A stretch of 64,000 bases of DNA from Octopus vulgaris (Eukaryota), in contig OX597838.1 of assembly GCA_951406725.2 (NCBI GenBank), forward strand, positions 12,152,001-12,216,000, given 5' to 3'. A model generated the notes under the pieces. That model searched no databases, was not told the DNA's origin, and saw only the letters and a program-made list of their open reading frames with translations. How positions within the stretch are numbered: position 1 is the stretch's first letter; every line of letters starts with the position of its first letter. A program made the position numbers and the translations under genes. This document shows positions 33,010 to 47,169 of this stretch, piece by piece.

Positions 33010-33563
33010 GAGCTGTATGACATCACAATCCCATGATTATCTTCATTTGAATGTATTATTATGTTTACCATTAAGTCCTTTAAGAATAATATTTTGTTAA
33101 ACCTTCACTATTGAATTAAACAAATGTTTGTTCTGACACAATTATCATTTTTATTATACTTGCTTAATAATATGTAATGGCGGAAATATTGCCCAATAAC
33201 AAACACGGCTGCCGTTTGTTGGCATCTGTGCAGATCCCGTTTGTTTTAACAGAACGCGCGCAGGTAGGTGTTGCCAACAGTCAATGGGAAAACAACTGGT
33301 TATGAACGAATATACATTTATTCATTGAGAGAAGGTTGGTTTACCTAATAATGTGGGATGCAGTGTACATAGAGGTATATGTGTGACTGCATGAACTTGT
33401 GCGTCGAAGCAGTGACATTACACAGAGAACATGCATTAACGCATATTTTGACATATGGATAAGGTACATGCACACACTTACGCACGCACACACACATACA
33501 CATATATATTCATATCTATATACATACATACAGATATATATACATATATATATATATATATAT

Positions 33564-33672
33564 TGGCGTGCTCGCTTAGCCAGCAGGGTGGCGTCATTTG
33601 AAGGCTAAAACAATGCGAGGCGCATTGTGACCAGCGATGTGTAGCAACATCTGATAGCCTGATCGGTCACGT
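33564..33672 (+). mobile_element. SINE family B tail type 3 fragment in (TA)n
   Basis: Reverse complement of 34140-34236. Confidence 0.8.
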
Positions 33673-33706
33673 GATATATATATATATGTGTGTGTGTGTG
33701 CGTGTA

Positions 33707-33777
33707 CTGTCCGATGAACGGCAACGGGAAACTCAGAGTAACAGGTTTTGTTGAATTTTCTGCTGCTTTAAATAAAG
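33707..33777 (+). ncRNA. Family F hammerhead motif (CCGAUGA core) with AATAAA, copy 1
   Basis: CTGT-CCGATGA-ACG-GCAA-CGG-GAA-ACTC-A-GAGT-A-ACAG; AATAAA at 33771-33776, then (TA)n. Confidence 0.65.
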
Positions 33778-33811
<34 letters not shown>

Positions 33812-34137
33812 AATATTCTATGATTATAAAAATAATTATAATTAGCCACAGACACATATGTGGCTACTCAGAGTCGTGTTGATTCATTGTTTTTCTCTTT
33901 GCCTACGTAAAAAAAGGTGTGTTACTGTCGTGGAGATTCTTACAGTAGTAGAAAAGGAATTTTTAACTCCTATTTCTAAATTTGGTATGTGGTGAAGCAA
34001 TTAGCAGACCCCTAATTATAATTATCTTTATAATTATAGAATATTTGTATAATTTTACCTATAAAGGTTATTTTAATGTATCGATCTACTTAGTAAAATT
34101 ATTAATTTGATTGATTAATTTTACACTTTTATTATCC

Positions 34138-34425
34138 CCGTGATCACCGTGACCGACCAGGCTATCATATGTTGCTACACATCGCTGGTCACAATGCGCT
34201 TCGCATTGTCTTAGCCTTCAAATGACGCTACCCCGCTGAAGAAAGAGTGAGTGAAAGTTGTGGCGAAAGAGTACTACAGGGATCGCCACCACCCCCTGCG
34301 GGGGCATCGTGGAGCTTTTTAGGTGTTTTCGCTCAATAAATACCTACAATGCACGGTCTGGGAATCGAAACCGCGATCCTGCGACCGCGAGTCCGCTAGC
34401 TTAACCACTGGGCTATTGTACCTCC
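34138..34425 (-). mobile_element. SINE family B, tail type 3
   Basis: Reverse-complement match to the family B head; 3' part differs from the other two copies. Confidence 0.85.
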
Positions 34426-34461
34426 ACACACTTTTATTATAAATTTGAAATTATATATACA

Positions 34462-34524
<63 letters not shown>

Positions 34525-35040
34525 GTTTGAATGCATACGCGACTGCACACGCGCGCGTGTGCACTTCTGTGCGTTGCCTGTACGCATGTGCATTGCGAGA
34601 AAAAGCGGAGCGAAGTGACAAGTGTACGAGTCGTAGCGTTAAACAATGGGAAACATTATTAATCAGAGTTTAGGTTAATGTGTGCTGAGATGCCTCCAGC
34701 TTGTCTGTCTTAGCAGATCATCGCACTAATACGTCGGAAATGCACGGGAGCGAGGCTGCATGAAGAGAGATGCCACTGGATGTAGCTGCACGCGTGCATC
34801 TCTGTATGCATGCATGTTTGAATGCATGTGTGTGTATGTGTGTCTATGTATAAATATATACACATGCAGTTATATATCTATATGCTTATATTTGTTGTAT
34901 AGACACACGCGCACACTCACACACACACACACGTATACACACACACACACATACACACACACATACACACACATATATATGAATATAGGTGTAAACGTGA
35001 ATACAACTGTATGTGTATAATTCGTATTGTGCATATATGC

Positions 35041-35109
<69 letters not shown>

Positions 35110-35154
35110 GTATACACACACACACACACATATATATATATACTTTCATGCATA

Positions 35155-35205
<51 letters not shown>

Positions 35206-35220
35206 AAACTTTCATGCATA

Positions 35221-35260
<40 letters not shown>

Positions 35261-35820
35261 TATATATATATATATATGTATGTGTGTGGTTGTGTGCGCG
35301 CGCTCGTGCGTGTGTATGCATGTATACATATGTACAGGTATATATGTATACACGCATACACGCACGCTCACGCTCAAATGCGAATCACGTGTTTAGTTTT
35401 GTTTGCTCTTTAGTCGTATAGTTTGTTTTTTTTTTCTTTTAATTTCTGTGATGCTGTAAAATGAAAGTTGCAACATTGTGAGAGATGAAAGAGAAAGAAA
35501 GAAAGAAAGAAAGAATTGTATTACAATGTGGATTAATTAAATAGATATGCAGACATGTAGAAGATTGAATGTGTGTGAGTCAACAATTTGACAGACAAGC
35601 AGTCATGCGAGTAGAAAGTTAAATATTAAGAAGAGATGGTAAAAGAGGGAGAGGGAAGCAGATAGGGCGAGTAAGAACAAAGAGCTTGAAAGTAGACAGG
35701 AAGTAGGTCTACAATAGAGTGGGAGAACCTGTGAGGTAATGGGGGGTGAATGAATGATAGGAAGAATATTAAAGATCGGACGTGAGAAATTTGTACATGA
35801 CACTAGTGTGTGTAGGCGTA

Positions 35821-35852
<32 letters not shown>

Positions 35853-35858
35853 TACGTG

Positions 35859-35895
<37 letters not shown>

Positions 35896-35931
35896 TTATA
35901 TATAAAATATATATATACATGTATATACTCG

Positions 35932-35972
<41 letters not shown>

Positions 35973-36000
35973 GGTATGTGTGTGTATAGACAGACAGACT

Positions 36001-36243
<243 letters not shown>

Positions 36244-36389
36244 TCCGAAACGTTGGTAACTCTTCTTCTATAGGGGAGAGACTTTCAGAAACTTTCAGCT
36301 GTATCCCTATGTGCATATTTTGACATTCTTCCGTTACAAAAAGCACAAATCTATTTCGATTCTTTTTACATATTACTCAATATACACAC

Positions 36390-36458
<69 letters not shown>

Positions 36459-36755
36459 TGTGTGTGTCTGTAATTGTTTATTCAATACCATGGAGGATAA
36501 GTGGTAGGATTAGAATGTTAACATTCAGCTAAAAAGAACATGATATATTTTCTCTTAAGTGTATCGAAAAGAGAAAGATTTGTTGGGAATATGGGAATAA
36601 AGATTTAGATAATATAGACTAAATGAACTAAAAAAATGAAAAAAGTGAACAATTTATAAAATAACTGGAAATTTTGGTGGCCCAAGTGTGCTCAAAAAGA
36701 ATTCTAGAGCTGTTTCATTGTTTACATTCGTGTAAAAGATATGTAGACGCTTGAA

Positions 36756-36985
36756 GGCAGCGAGCTGGCAGAAACGTTAGCACGCCGGGCGAAATTCGTG
36801 GCCGTATTTCGTCTGCCGTTACGTTCTGGGTTCAAATTCCGACGAGGTCGACTTTGCCTTTCATCCTTTCGGGGTCGATAAATTAAGTACCAGTTACGCA
36901 CTGGGGTCGATGTAATCGACTTAATCCCTTTGTCTGTCCCTGTTTGTCCCCTCTATGTTTAGCTCCTTGTGGGTAGTAAAGAAAT
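36756..36985 (+). mobile_element. Full-length SINE family A
   Basis: Head, core and tail all match the other copies. Confidence 0.92.
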
Positions 36986-37734
36986 ATATATTATGTACTC
37001 AACGACTGATCATATGAGAATAGTCGCTTAAAATCACGCTTGGTTTATGTTGGTCTTAAAATAAAAGGCCTGTCGGTGAATCGAACGTTAGTTTCGAACC
37101 ACAGATTGATTTACTTAATATATTCCTTACATGAGATATATTTAGATTGTTATGGTATGAAAAGAGTTGCCTATGTTTTGCCCTAAATGCAGAAGTCCGC
37201 TAATCGAGGCCACTAAGTCAGTCAAGTGTTTTAGTTTAGTTTCCACCTGCTGTAGGATTTAATATATATATATTACCTTCTGTGCAAGCTAGCGGCATGT
37301 ATTTTCAAGAAATGGTATAGAAGGAAATTATCGATGTCTGTTATTAGCTTATTAGCCGAAAGAGTTTAGGAGAGCGAAATTGTATTGCAAAACAGTATCG
37401 AATCTCCAGGTGGTTAACGTTCTATATTGGCTAATAAAAGGCAACACAAAGATATAAATGTATAAAAAAAAAATAATGGGAAAATACGACTCGAAATTCG
37501 TTTATCTGTCATCTAGCAAATTTATAGCAGGATTTCCTCCGGTATCTATTTATTCATAACACTTTGATCCCTGTTATTAGCCAGCATATAACGCCTGCCA
37601 CCTGGCGTTTTATTGCCGCCTTTCAATATAATTCTATTTTCTTAAGGTCTTGCAGCAGATAACGTAATAACTTTCTTTAATAATTTTTCTTCTGTGCCAC
37701 TTCTTGAAATATATATTGCTTAATCGATACAGCA

Positions 37735-38362
37735 GGCTACATAGGAAAATATGTATTAATTAATACCTTCATACTTCGAAACTAAAGCTCGATCCACAAC
37801 TGGCATTCGATGACTACAAGATCTACAAACCTGAAGAAAGAACGAGACACTTTGCATACTCTAACTATTTGAACGAATCACATAGAGAAAATAATATTAA
37901 TTAAATCCTACGATTGTACAGAACTTATAGATATCTTACCGACTGGCATTCGCTAACAAGACGCACACAATCGAAAGAGAACTTAAGCGACCCTTTCCAT
38001 ACACTAAATACCTGGATAAATCTCATATAGAGAATATATTAAATCATTCTGTTGTAGGAAACTTATGTTCTACAAACAGGAATCTGTTAACGAGATTAAC
38101 ATAACCGAGGACTAACATAAGCGATCATTTTCGTAGCCTAACTACCTGTGTCTCATATAGGGAATATCATAGGTAAATCATTACTACGCCCTACCGAGTG
38201 GAATATGTTAATGAGAGGAACATCACCAAGGAATAACCTAAGCGACCCTTTTCATTCCCTAACCACATGACAAACGCTCATATAGGGATTTTATTAATTA
38301 AATACAAATCTTGTGCATCACCTGCGCTTCACCTTTCAACTGGAATCTGTTGATGAGGTAAA
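37735..38362. repeat. Degenerate tandem array, ~120-145-bp unit, about 4.5 copies
   Basis: Anchor ACTGG(C/A)AT at 37799, 37942, 38076, 38197 and 38339; internal TAAGCGA and CTCATATAG(A/G)GA recur. Confidence 0.75.
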
Positions 38363-38465
38363 TACAACAAAACGTATTCCCCATATATCTGATTACAAGT
38401 CGAAAGTGAGTTGTAGTTACGATAGTAAACAATAATGTAAACAATAATGTAACTACAGATAATTG

Positions 38466-38514
<49 letters not shown>

Positions 38515-38550
38515 TATCATTATTATTATTGTTATATTATTATTATTATT

Positions 38551-38885
38551 ATTCAGTAGTTTTATTTTTATAGCGTGCTTTCACTTCACTACCGAGCGCA
38601 GCTCTGTGTGCCTTGGGTATGTGCTGTGATTTGTTGTGATGCTCTGATGGTTATTCTATGGAAAGTCTTCTGCGTAGGATGTGTGCAGTGTCTAGTAGTG
38701 CAATTTTCTGTATGTTATATGTGTTTGTAAGTCCTGGTGTTTTTATGTATTTGTCTGAATATTTTTTTATCATGCCTAATGCACCTACTATGATAGGAAT
38801 TGTTTCTGTTTTCAGGTTCCACATTCTAGTTACCTCTATTTCCTAGTCTTTGTATTTTGAGTTTCTCCATTTCTTTTAGAGACAC
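38551..38885 (-). mobile_element. R4/Dong-clade LINE 3' end (second family) between microsatellites
   Basis: KYKD*EIEVTRMWNLKTETIPIIVGALGMIKK...NIQKIALLDTAHILRR, then 3' UTR and (TAA)n. Confidence 0.9.
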
Positions 38886-38889
38886 GTTG

Positions 38890-38932
<43 letters not shown>

Positions 38933-39008
38933 TATCATTATTATTATTGTTATATTATTATTATTATTATTATCATTATTATCATTATTATTATTATCAT
39001 TATTATTA

Positions 39009-39054
<46 letters not shown>

Positions 39055-39160
39055 CATCATCATTATTATTATTATTACTATTATTATTATTATTACTATT
39101 ATTATTATTATTATTATTATCATCATCGTCATCATCATCATCATTATTATTATCATTATA

Positions 39161-39225
<65 letters not shown>

Positions 39226-39841
39226 CCCCCACCTGCATGTATATGTACACATTTTATTCACATATATATTTGTATTCATATGTATAGATACATACACGAG
39301 TGTACATATGTATGCACGTAAGTGTGTATATGCCAGTGCATACTGCTTGTATGTTCACAAAACAGAAGGAAATTTTTGAGAATGCATACACTTACAAACT
39401 GAAAGACGCATATATATATATATATATATATATGGGTGCGCGTATGTTGTGTGTGTGTGTGTGTGTGTGTGTATGTTGACACACACACACACACATTTCT
39501 GGTCGACAAAGATAATCCTCCGATTCAATAACCAATTCTCATGGTTTCTTAATTAGTGAATTCAGCCATTGGTTGGCTCACGTCACATATCAAGTACTGT
39601 GGTGCAACCAGGTTCGCCGTCACAACCACCGTCTCCATTAATAGCACCACCACTACTATTGGCGTTATACCACTATACTGCCACCATCACCACAACTAAT
39701 ACCATTACATGTACCACTATACCCCTACCAATACTACTGCTACTAACACCACTGTTACCATCATCACGTAACGCTCACCATTCTTGCAACTACCAACAAT
39801 ACATAGAGTGCTACAAGGATTACACACGCACACACACACAC

Positions 39842-39891
<50 letters not shown>

Positions 39892-39894
39892 TAA

Positions 39895-39959
39895 TTTATT
39901 ATATAGAAGGAGCTTCTACAGGACTAGAACTGTTTCATTCAAGAGAAATCTTCAGGAAG

Positions 39960-39960
<1 letters not shown>
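39895..39960 (-). ncRNA. Type I hammerhead ribozyme (canonical core) plus AATAAA embedded in (TA)n
   Basis: Minus strand GCTTC-CTGAAGA-T-TTC-TCTT-GAA-T-GAA-ACAG-TTCTAGTC-CTGT-A-GAAGC (39960-39912), then AATAAA (plus-strand TTTATT at 39895-39900). Confidence 0.75.
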
Positions 39961-40053
<93 letters not shown>

Positions 40054-40175
40054 GATATATATATATAGATATATATACATATATATATACATATATATAT
40101 ATAGATATTGATATATTCACATGCACATTATTATATGTATATATATAAATATTTAGATAAATATATATATATACA

Positions 40176-40340
40176 CACGCATTTTTTCTCTCCCTGTTTT
40201 TTTCTGTGTATCTTTCTGTCGAAGAGCGTAGGCTCGAAACGTAAAAGACTTTTTCTATTCCTGAGCGCTATACTAATACATTTGTTTGTTTGTACTCCAC
40301 CTGCCATCGTCTTTTGTTTATTTTCGTAAACTTTCCCTTT
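40176..40340 (+). mobile_element. Family D element with hammerhead variant at 40211-40248, flanked by (TA)n
   Basis: TCTTT-CTGTCGA-A-GAGC-GTAG-GCTC-GAA-ACGT-A-AAAGA. Confidence 0.85.
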
Positions 40341-41269
40341 ATATATATATATATATATACATTTATATACGTATATGTATATATATTTATATGTGCATAT
40401 GTATGCATGCATGCATGTATGTACCATTCACAGACAGAAGATAATTAGTTCTTAATACACAAGCTCCTTACTGCGTCGCTAGTCAGAGTTTACCACTGCT
40501 CGTGTTACTTCTGTCGAAATTTGGTTTACACAAATACACACATACACACGCGCACACAGACTCTCGTACACACAAGCACGCACATTTCCATGCACGTTGC
40601 TAACAAACAAGCAATATCAACAGCAGGGACATATTTAGAATTTGGTTCAATCCAGCTTTTCCCCATCATCGTCTTTCACAGCATTCGTCAGAGCTCAGCG
40701 TTCATCAGACTCTTCGGCCCTCCTTAAGATGATATTTTCAAACCACCTATGAAAACAAATTCCTGAATACCAATACTTTTTATCGGATAGCACCATTGCT
40801 CAGATTTCACCTCGCAGTATCAGGCATGCACCCACTTATTCCCCGATCGTTCAGATGGTTAGTGACTGCAAAAACCTCCCTCAGACTTCCCAGTTAGAGG
40901 ATCCAGTGTTTCTAAGATGGTAACGTTTAGAACAAGCAGATGCTATCGAGGAGAATTACGCGGGACTCACCAATTGTGTTGATAACACATCAGTAAGCTT
41001 GTGCGTAAGAAAAAGCTCAATATCTTTCTGTAAAGGAATATCTTTACAGACAAACTTATTCAACTACTGCGTTTATGACAGTCCTTTTAGAAAACATGGA
41101 TTAGCCATAACTTGGAGTATTGGTAACAGAGCAACCACTCACAAAATATGGGCTGGTAGTTACAGAATGTGCCTAACTGAAAAGTCCCAGATCCTGAAAT
41201 ACTCACAAAGACCGCATAACAGAAGATTCAAGATCTTGTCTCCCTATCACTACAAATAACTATTACTTT

Positions 41270-41355
41270 TACGCGTGGTTGAGTGGCAAAACCTGGCTTC
41301 CCGACCAAATGGTTCCATGTTCAGTCCCACTGCGTGGAACCTCGAGTAAGTGTTT
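41270..41355 (+). mobile_element. SINE family C head fragment
   Basis: ATGGTTCCATGTTCAGTCCCACTGCGTGGAACCTCGAGTAAGTGT. Confidence 0.7.
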
Positions 41356-41466
41356 TTTTATCTCATTACGCAAAAAATTCTTATATATATATATATATAT
41401 ATATTATACAGTCTGCAAATGTATATTAAGTATTCAGTTTGTAGTTTCTAACCCAAGATATATATA

Positions 41467-41518
<52 letters not shown>

Positions 41519-42575
41519 GTAGTAGTAGTAGTAGTAGTAGTACGATAGAGCAAACACCTCCACCAGCGCCAAGCAACACCACCCGCATCCTCAATACCAT
41601 TAACCATTACTACCACAACCACCATCTCCACAAGCATCATAACCATTGCCACAAACGGTGCCACTACCAACAGTAACATCAACAACATTACTGCCACCAC
41701 CACCACCACCACCACCACCGCCACCGCCACTGCTTCCTCCCTCCTTGCTGCTGGTACCTCAATAACAACACAATGAACACTAGTAGCAACAGGAGAAACA
41801 TTGCCATACCTCACAAGCAATACCCGCTACTACCACAACCACCACTACCACCTCCACCATCATCACAACCACCACTACTACCTCCACCATCATCACCACC
41901 ACTACCACCTCCACCACCACTACTGCTCCCACCTCCACTACCATTATCGCTACCACCCAGACCACCACCAGTAACACCACCACCATTATTACCGCGATTA
42001 AACTCACCACCACCACGAATAGCGGCCCCCACCACTACTACAACCTACACCACCACCACCACCATCACCACCACCACCGCAAACACCATGACGACCATCA
42101 CCACTGCAACAAACATTACTACAACCATTACTACAACAACTGGAACAAGCACAATCACCACCACTACCACCTCCACCACCAGTACGGCCAACACTGCCAC
42201 AAACACCACCCCGTAACAATTTAAATCGCCTACACCACCGCCTCCGCAACAAGCCCAATGACCTTCACCACAACCACCACTACACTACCTATACTACCAC
42301 CACAACACAGTCAACACAACCGCAACAGCACAATCAGTATTACCACCACCACTACCACTACCTTCACCATCATCGCCACTGCTTACCACAAACACATCTC
42401 CCACCACCATACCTCCACCACCAACATCACTATTACCATAACAACGGTCATCACCACCACTATCACTACCATCAACGCAACCATCAGAGCCACCACCACC
42501 ACCATCATTACACCATTATCATCACCACCTCCACCGCCACTTCCATAACCACCACTACCTCCACTAGCACCACAA
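41467..42575. repeat. (CTA)n/(TAG)n palindrome followed by (ACC)n-rich low-complexity region
   Basis: Direct reading. Confidence 0.92.
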
Positions 42576-42923
42576 CCGATGTGATCACGCTATCCCAGTG
42601 AAGACAATTAAAACTGAAGTCCTCTTCACAGATCGATCACTGATTGATTTCAATTATTGGAATTTGTTCATTGTACTTGAAAGTTCGTTCGTACTCTCTA
42701 GAGAAGTGATGATGACAAGGCATAGTATTTGCAGTTTGGGCAAGCTATACAAATTGGCCAATCAGAGACCGCCTGCAATTTACCAGTATAGGTAAACCAT
42801 ACAAACTGACCAATCAATAACCACCTCTAATTTAGATTGATTTCGGGCGACCAGACACAAAACATTATTATTTACTTAACTTATTACTTTTTCACTCAAC
42901 TTATTATTATTTATTCACTTAAC

Positions 42924-42999
<76 letters not shown>

Positions 43000-43000
43000 C

Positions 43001-43748
<748 letters not shown>

Positions 43749-43765
43749 ATTTTTTTTAACAAAAA

Positions 43766-43835
43766 CTGTCCGACGAACGGGAACGTGAAACTCAGAGTAA
43801 CAGGTTTTGTTGAATTTCTGCTGATTTTAAATAAA

Positions 43836-43836
<1 letters not shown>
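43766..43836 (+). ncRNA. Family F hammerhead motif (CCGACGA core) with AATAAA, copy 2
   Basis: CTGT-CCGACGA-ACG-GGAA-CGT-GAA-ACTC-A-GAGT-A-ACAG; AATAAA at 43830-43835, then (TA)n. Confidence 0.7.
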
Positions 43837-43892
<56 letters not shown>

Positions 43893-43964
43893 CATACATA
43901 CATACATACATACATACATACATACATACATACATACATACATACATACATACATACATACATA

Positions 43965-44230
43965 GGACGGACTTCCATGCAGTCAAACAGTTTCCGTTTA
44001 ACAAATTCGTTCTCAAGACATTGGTCGTCTCGAGGCAATATTAGAAGGCACTTGCCCGGTGTGTTGCTTTGTGGGACTGAACTCCAAAATATGTGGCTGC
44101 ATAGCGGCCTTCTTATGCAGACAGTCATCCCTAAACTCTGAGTTCAAATCCCACCGATATCAACTGTACCATTCCTCCACACAGAAGTCGACGAAATAAC
44201 GTAGCAGTCACGTATTGGGGTGTCGCAATC
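43965..44230. mobile_element. Old SINE C (43965-44132, minus) back-to-back with an old SINE A fragment (44135-44230, plus)
   Basis: Degenerate matches to both families. Confidence 0.6.
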
Positions 44231-44641
44231 ACAATTCCAGCCTTCTTAACTGAGACTGATTTTATTAGTTGTCTCCTCATGGAAATTTTTGTGGCACTGG
44301 ATAGTGCGGCGGCCATGTTGTAAATCAATAGCTTACAGCATATCAACTCGATTCATAAAATGCGAAGCTGTGTTTATTGGTTGGAAGAACGAAACAAGTA
44401 CTGCAACCCCCCCACCACCACCACCAAAAAAAAAAACAGCAGTCTGAGAAAGCAAGCAAATAGCAAGATAAATAATCAAAAATTTAATCATTTTTTCGAA
44501 TGATTGCCCGCCTCCTCCCGACGCAATCTCGTATATTGGAGGCACTGTCGACGAACAAAGACGTATCGCGAAAATTAGAGACGATATATCAACCATGAAA
44601 GGACAAAATGGAAAGTATTTATTATATTATAAGACAGGAGA

Positions 44642-44642
44642 A

Positions 44643-44690
<48 letters not shown>

Positions 44691-44742
44691 CAACTACAAC
44701 AACAACTACAATAATAATAATGATAATATTATTATTATTATT

Positions 44743-44790
<48 letters not shown>

Positions 44791-44818
44791 TACAACTACA
44801 ATAATAATAATAATAATA

Positions 44819-44866
<48 letters not shown>

Positions 44867-44996
44867 GTGATGGTGATGATGATCATGATCATGATGATGA
44901 TGGTGGTGGTGGTGGTTGTGATGATGATGATGTTGATGATGATGATGGTGGTGGTGGTGGTGGTGGTGGTGGTGGTGATGATGATGATGGTGATGA

Positions 44997-45069
<73 letters not shown>

Positions 45070-45070
45070 A
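44642..45070. repeat. Compound (AAT)/(GAT)/(GGT)n microsatellite
   Basis: Direct reading. Confidence 0.96.
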
Positions 45071-45384
45071 AAACTGCCAAAGGAGGAAACGAAACAAAAT
45101 ACATAATCTCATTATGAAGATGGATTTCCCAAGGAGACACTTTATTCCCGCCTCTCTTAACATTCCCGTTTATCAGTAAGACTATTAATTAATTTGTTGT
45201 CGAACGAAAGCAACCCCCAGCTACTACAACTGCTGGCCTAATATTGCACAGGAAAATCTAATAGACAGCCAAGAGATAGTCTTGAAAAGAATAATACACA
45301 GAATCTCCAAAAATGAGCCATGGATAAACGAAAAGCAGAAGACCTACTCTAAGAAGCTAAGATTAACATTTCAACGTATACTTT

Positions 45385-45600
45385 ATTTTTTATCTTGTTC
45401 CAGTGATTGTAGTGCGGCCATGCGGGAACATCGTCTGGTAGATATTTTGCTGAATAAGTCGAAACACAAATTCTTGCTTTCTGTGTGGTACTTATTCGAT
45501 CAGACATTTTTTACAGAACCACCATGTTATGAAGACGTAAATAAACCAAACCTGGTTATCAAGCGATGGAGGGACAAATACACACATACATATATACATA
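45385..45600 (-). mobile_element. Degenerate SINE family C, 3' part
   Basis: Reverse-complement similarity to 61130-61325. Confidence 0.6.
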
Positions 45601-45749
45601 TATATATGTATAAATATGTAAGTTAAGCAAAAATTTAGATTCAAATGAATATGGTACTCAATTTAGATGCACCAGAATTCTGTATGGTGTTATCCATAAA
45701 AATCCGTGGGGTGATTATAATCAAAATAAGTAACAAGAATGACTCCGGT

Positions 45750-45840
45750 AATTTGGTACGATCGTTTCGTACTACATCATTTTATTAAATGTTGTAAGTA
45801 TTACAACAGTTTCAAAATGCTGAGCACTCATCAGCCAATT
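45750..45840 (-). ncRNA. Type I hammerhead ribozyme, canonical core, very long stem II, palindromic helix III
   Basis: Minus strand TTGG-CTGATGA-GTGCT[CA..CATTTTG..TGTTGTAA-TAC-TTACAACA..TAAAATG..TG]AGTAC-GAA-ACGATCGT-A-CCAA; G10.1-C11.1 pair present, GUA triplet. Confidence 0.85.
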
Positions 45841-46212
45841 ATAGAGGTTTTCCATTATATATATATACGCATTTATATAAACACACATATATGCGTATTC
45901 ATATATACATATACACTTGCGCGCTCAAAGATCCAAAGAAGAGGGATTGGAGCAGATAAAATCCAGGTTACATGTTTCATAGGCAGCGGTATCTCAGACG
46001 TAGTAAATTATCCAAACGAGGATATACAACAACCCCTGTTGCTAACCGAGAAGTATGAAATTGACTTTTTTCAGTTTATCGTACTTCCATACGGGAAAAA
46101 CTCATAACCTTCAGCGTCAGTTAACCACTATTGTTCCTGAAAGTTTTCTTTATATCTTCTACGGATTGCCTCAAGCTCAATAAATTCCTATACCTTGATC
46201 CTTGGATCCTAC

Positions 46213-46249
<37 letters not shown>

Positions 46250-46252
<3 letters not shown>

Positions 46253-46364
46253 TCTTTACTCTTTTACTTGTTTCAGTCATTTGACTGTGGCCATGCTGGA
46301 GTACCGCATTTAGTCGAGGAAATCGACGCCAATATCGGTTGTCAAGCGATGGTGGGAGGGACAA

Positions 46365-46423
<59 letters not shown>

Positions 46424-46446
46424 CATATATACGACGGGCTTCTTTA
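46250..46446 (-). mobile_element. SINE family C, 3' part, internally deleted
   Basis: CTTTTACTTGTTTCAGTCATTTGACTG...GACGGGCTTCTTT. Confidence 0.8.
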
Positions 46447-46510
46447 TTTTAGCATTTTCTACCTTCAATTTTTCCTTATACATATCAACTCGTGTATTCC
46501 TTTTCAACCT

Positions 46511-46610
<100 letters not shown>

Positions 46611-46619
46611 TACATATAC

Positions 46620-46720
46620 TTCATTTTGTCTAAAAAGGGAGGAACAATCCAATTAAAACTGAATACATATATTAATTGGATTTTTAATTAGATTGCTCTT
46701 CCCTTTTTAGACAAAATGAA
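46620..46720. repeat. Fold-back inverted repeat with ~39-bp arms
   Basis: TTCATTTTGTCTAAAAAGGGA...TCCCTTTTTAGACAAAATGAA; outer 21 bp perfect. Confidence 0.92.
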
Positions 46721-47169
46721 TTATAATAAGATTAATATCACTGATGAGTAATGTTCTTCTACTACTACATCTGTTTAACCGCTCCATCCCCGATGATACT
46801 CGGCCTATGGTATCGTCGTTCGACATGAAGTTCCAATAGTTAAGATATTATGGAAATAGCTGTTAGATACTATGTAAACCTTTTTATAATATAGCTAAAT
46901 TAAATGTCCTTCTCATGTCTTGCAAACCGTTTGCCTCTCCATTTCTGCTTTAATCTATGGATATCTGCTCAAGGGAAAGCAACGTCTAACCGCTTTAGAA
47001 AGGCAGTCTCTAAATCGCACGCTCAACTGAAATTCATACCGGAATTTTAGTGGCATACCAAATTGAGCATTCATAGTGCGTATCTATTAGTTTCTATGAC
47101 CCTGACGAAATCTCCTTATCTTACTCACTCTCTCTCTCTCTCTCTCTCTCTCTTTCGCTAGTCAGTACT

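Noticed and set aside
36244-36260. CCGAAACGTTGG right after (GATA)n
   Set aside because: Only the 3' half of a hammerhead-like motif; too short to call
37735-38362. Repeat-spacer appearance as a CRISPR array
   Set aside because: Units are long and diverged along their whole length, the context is eukaryotic and there are no cas genes
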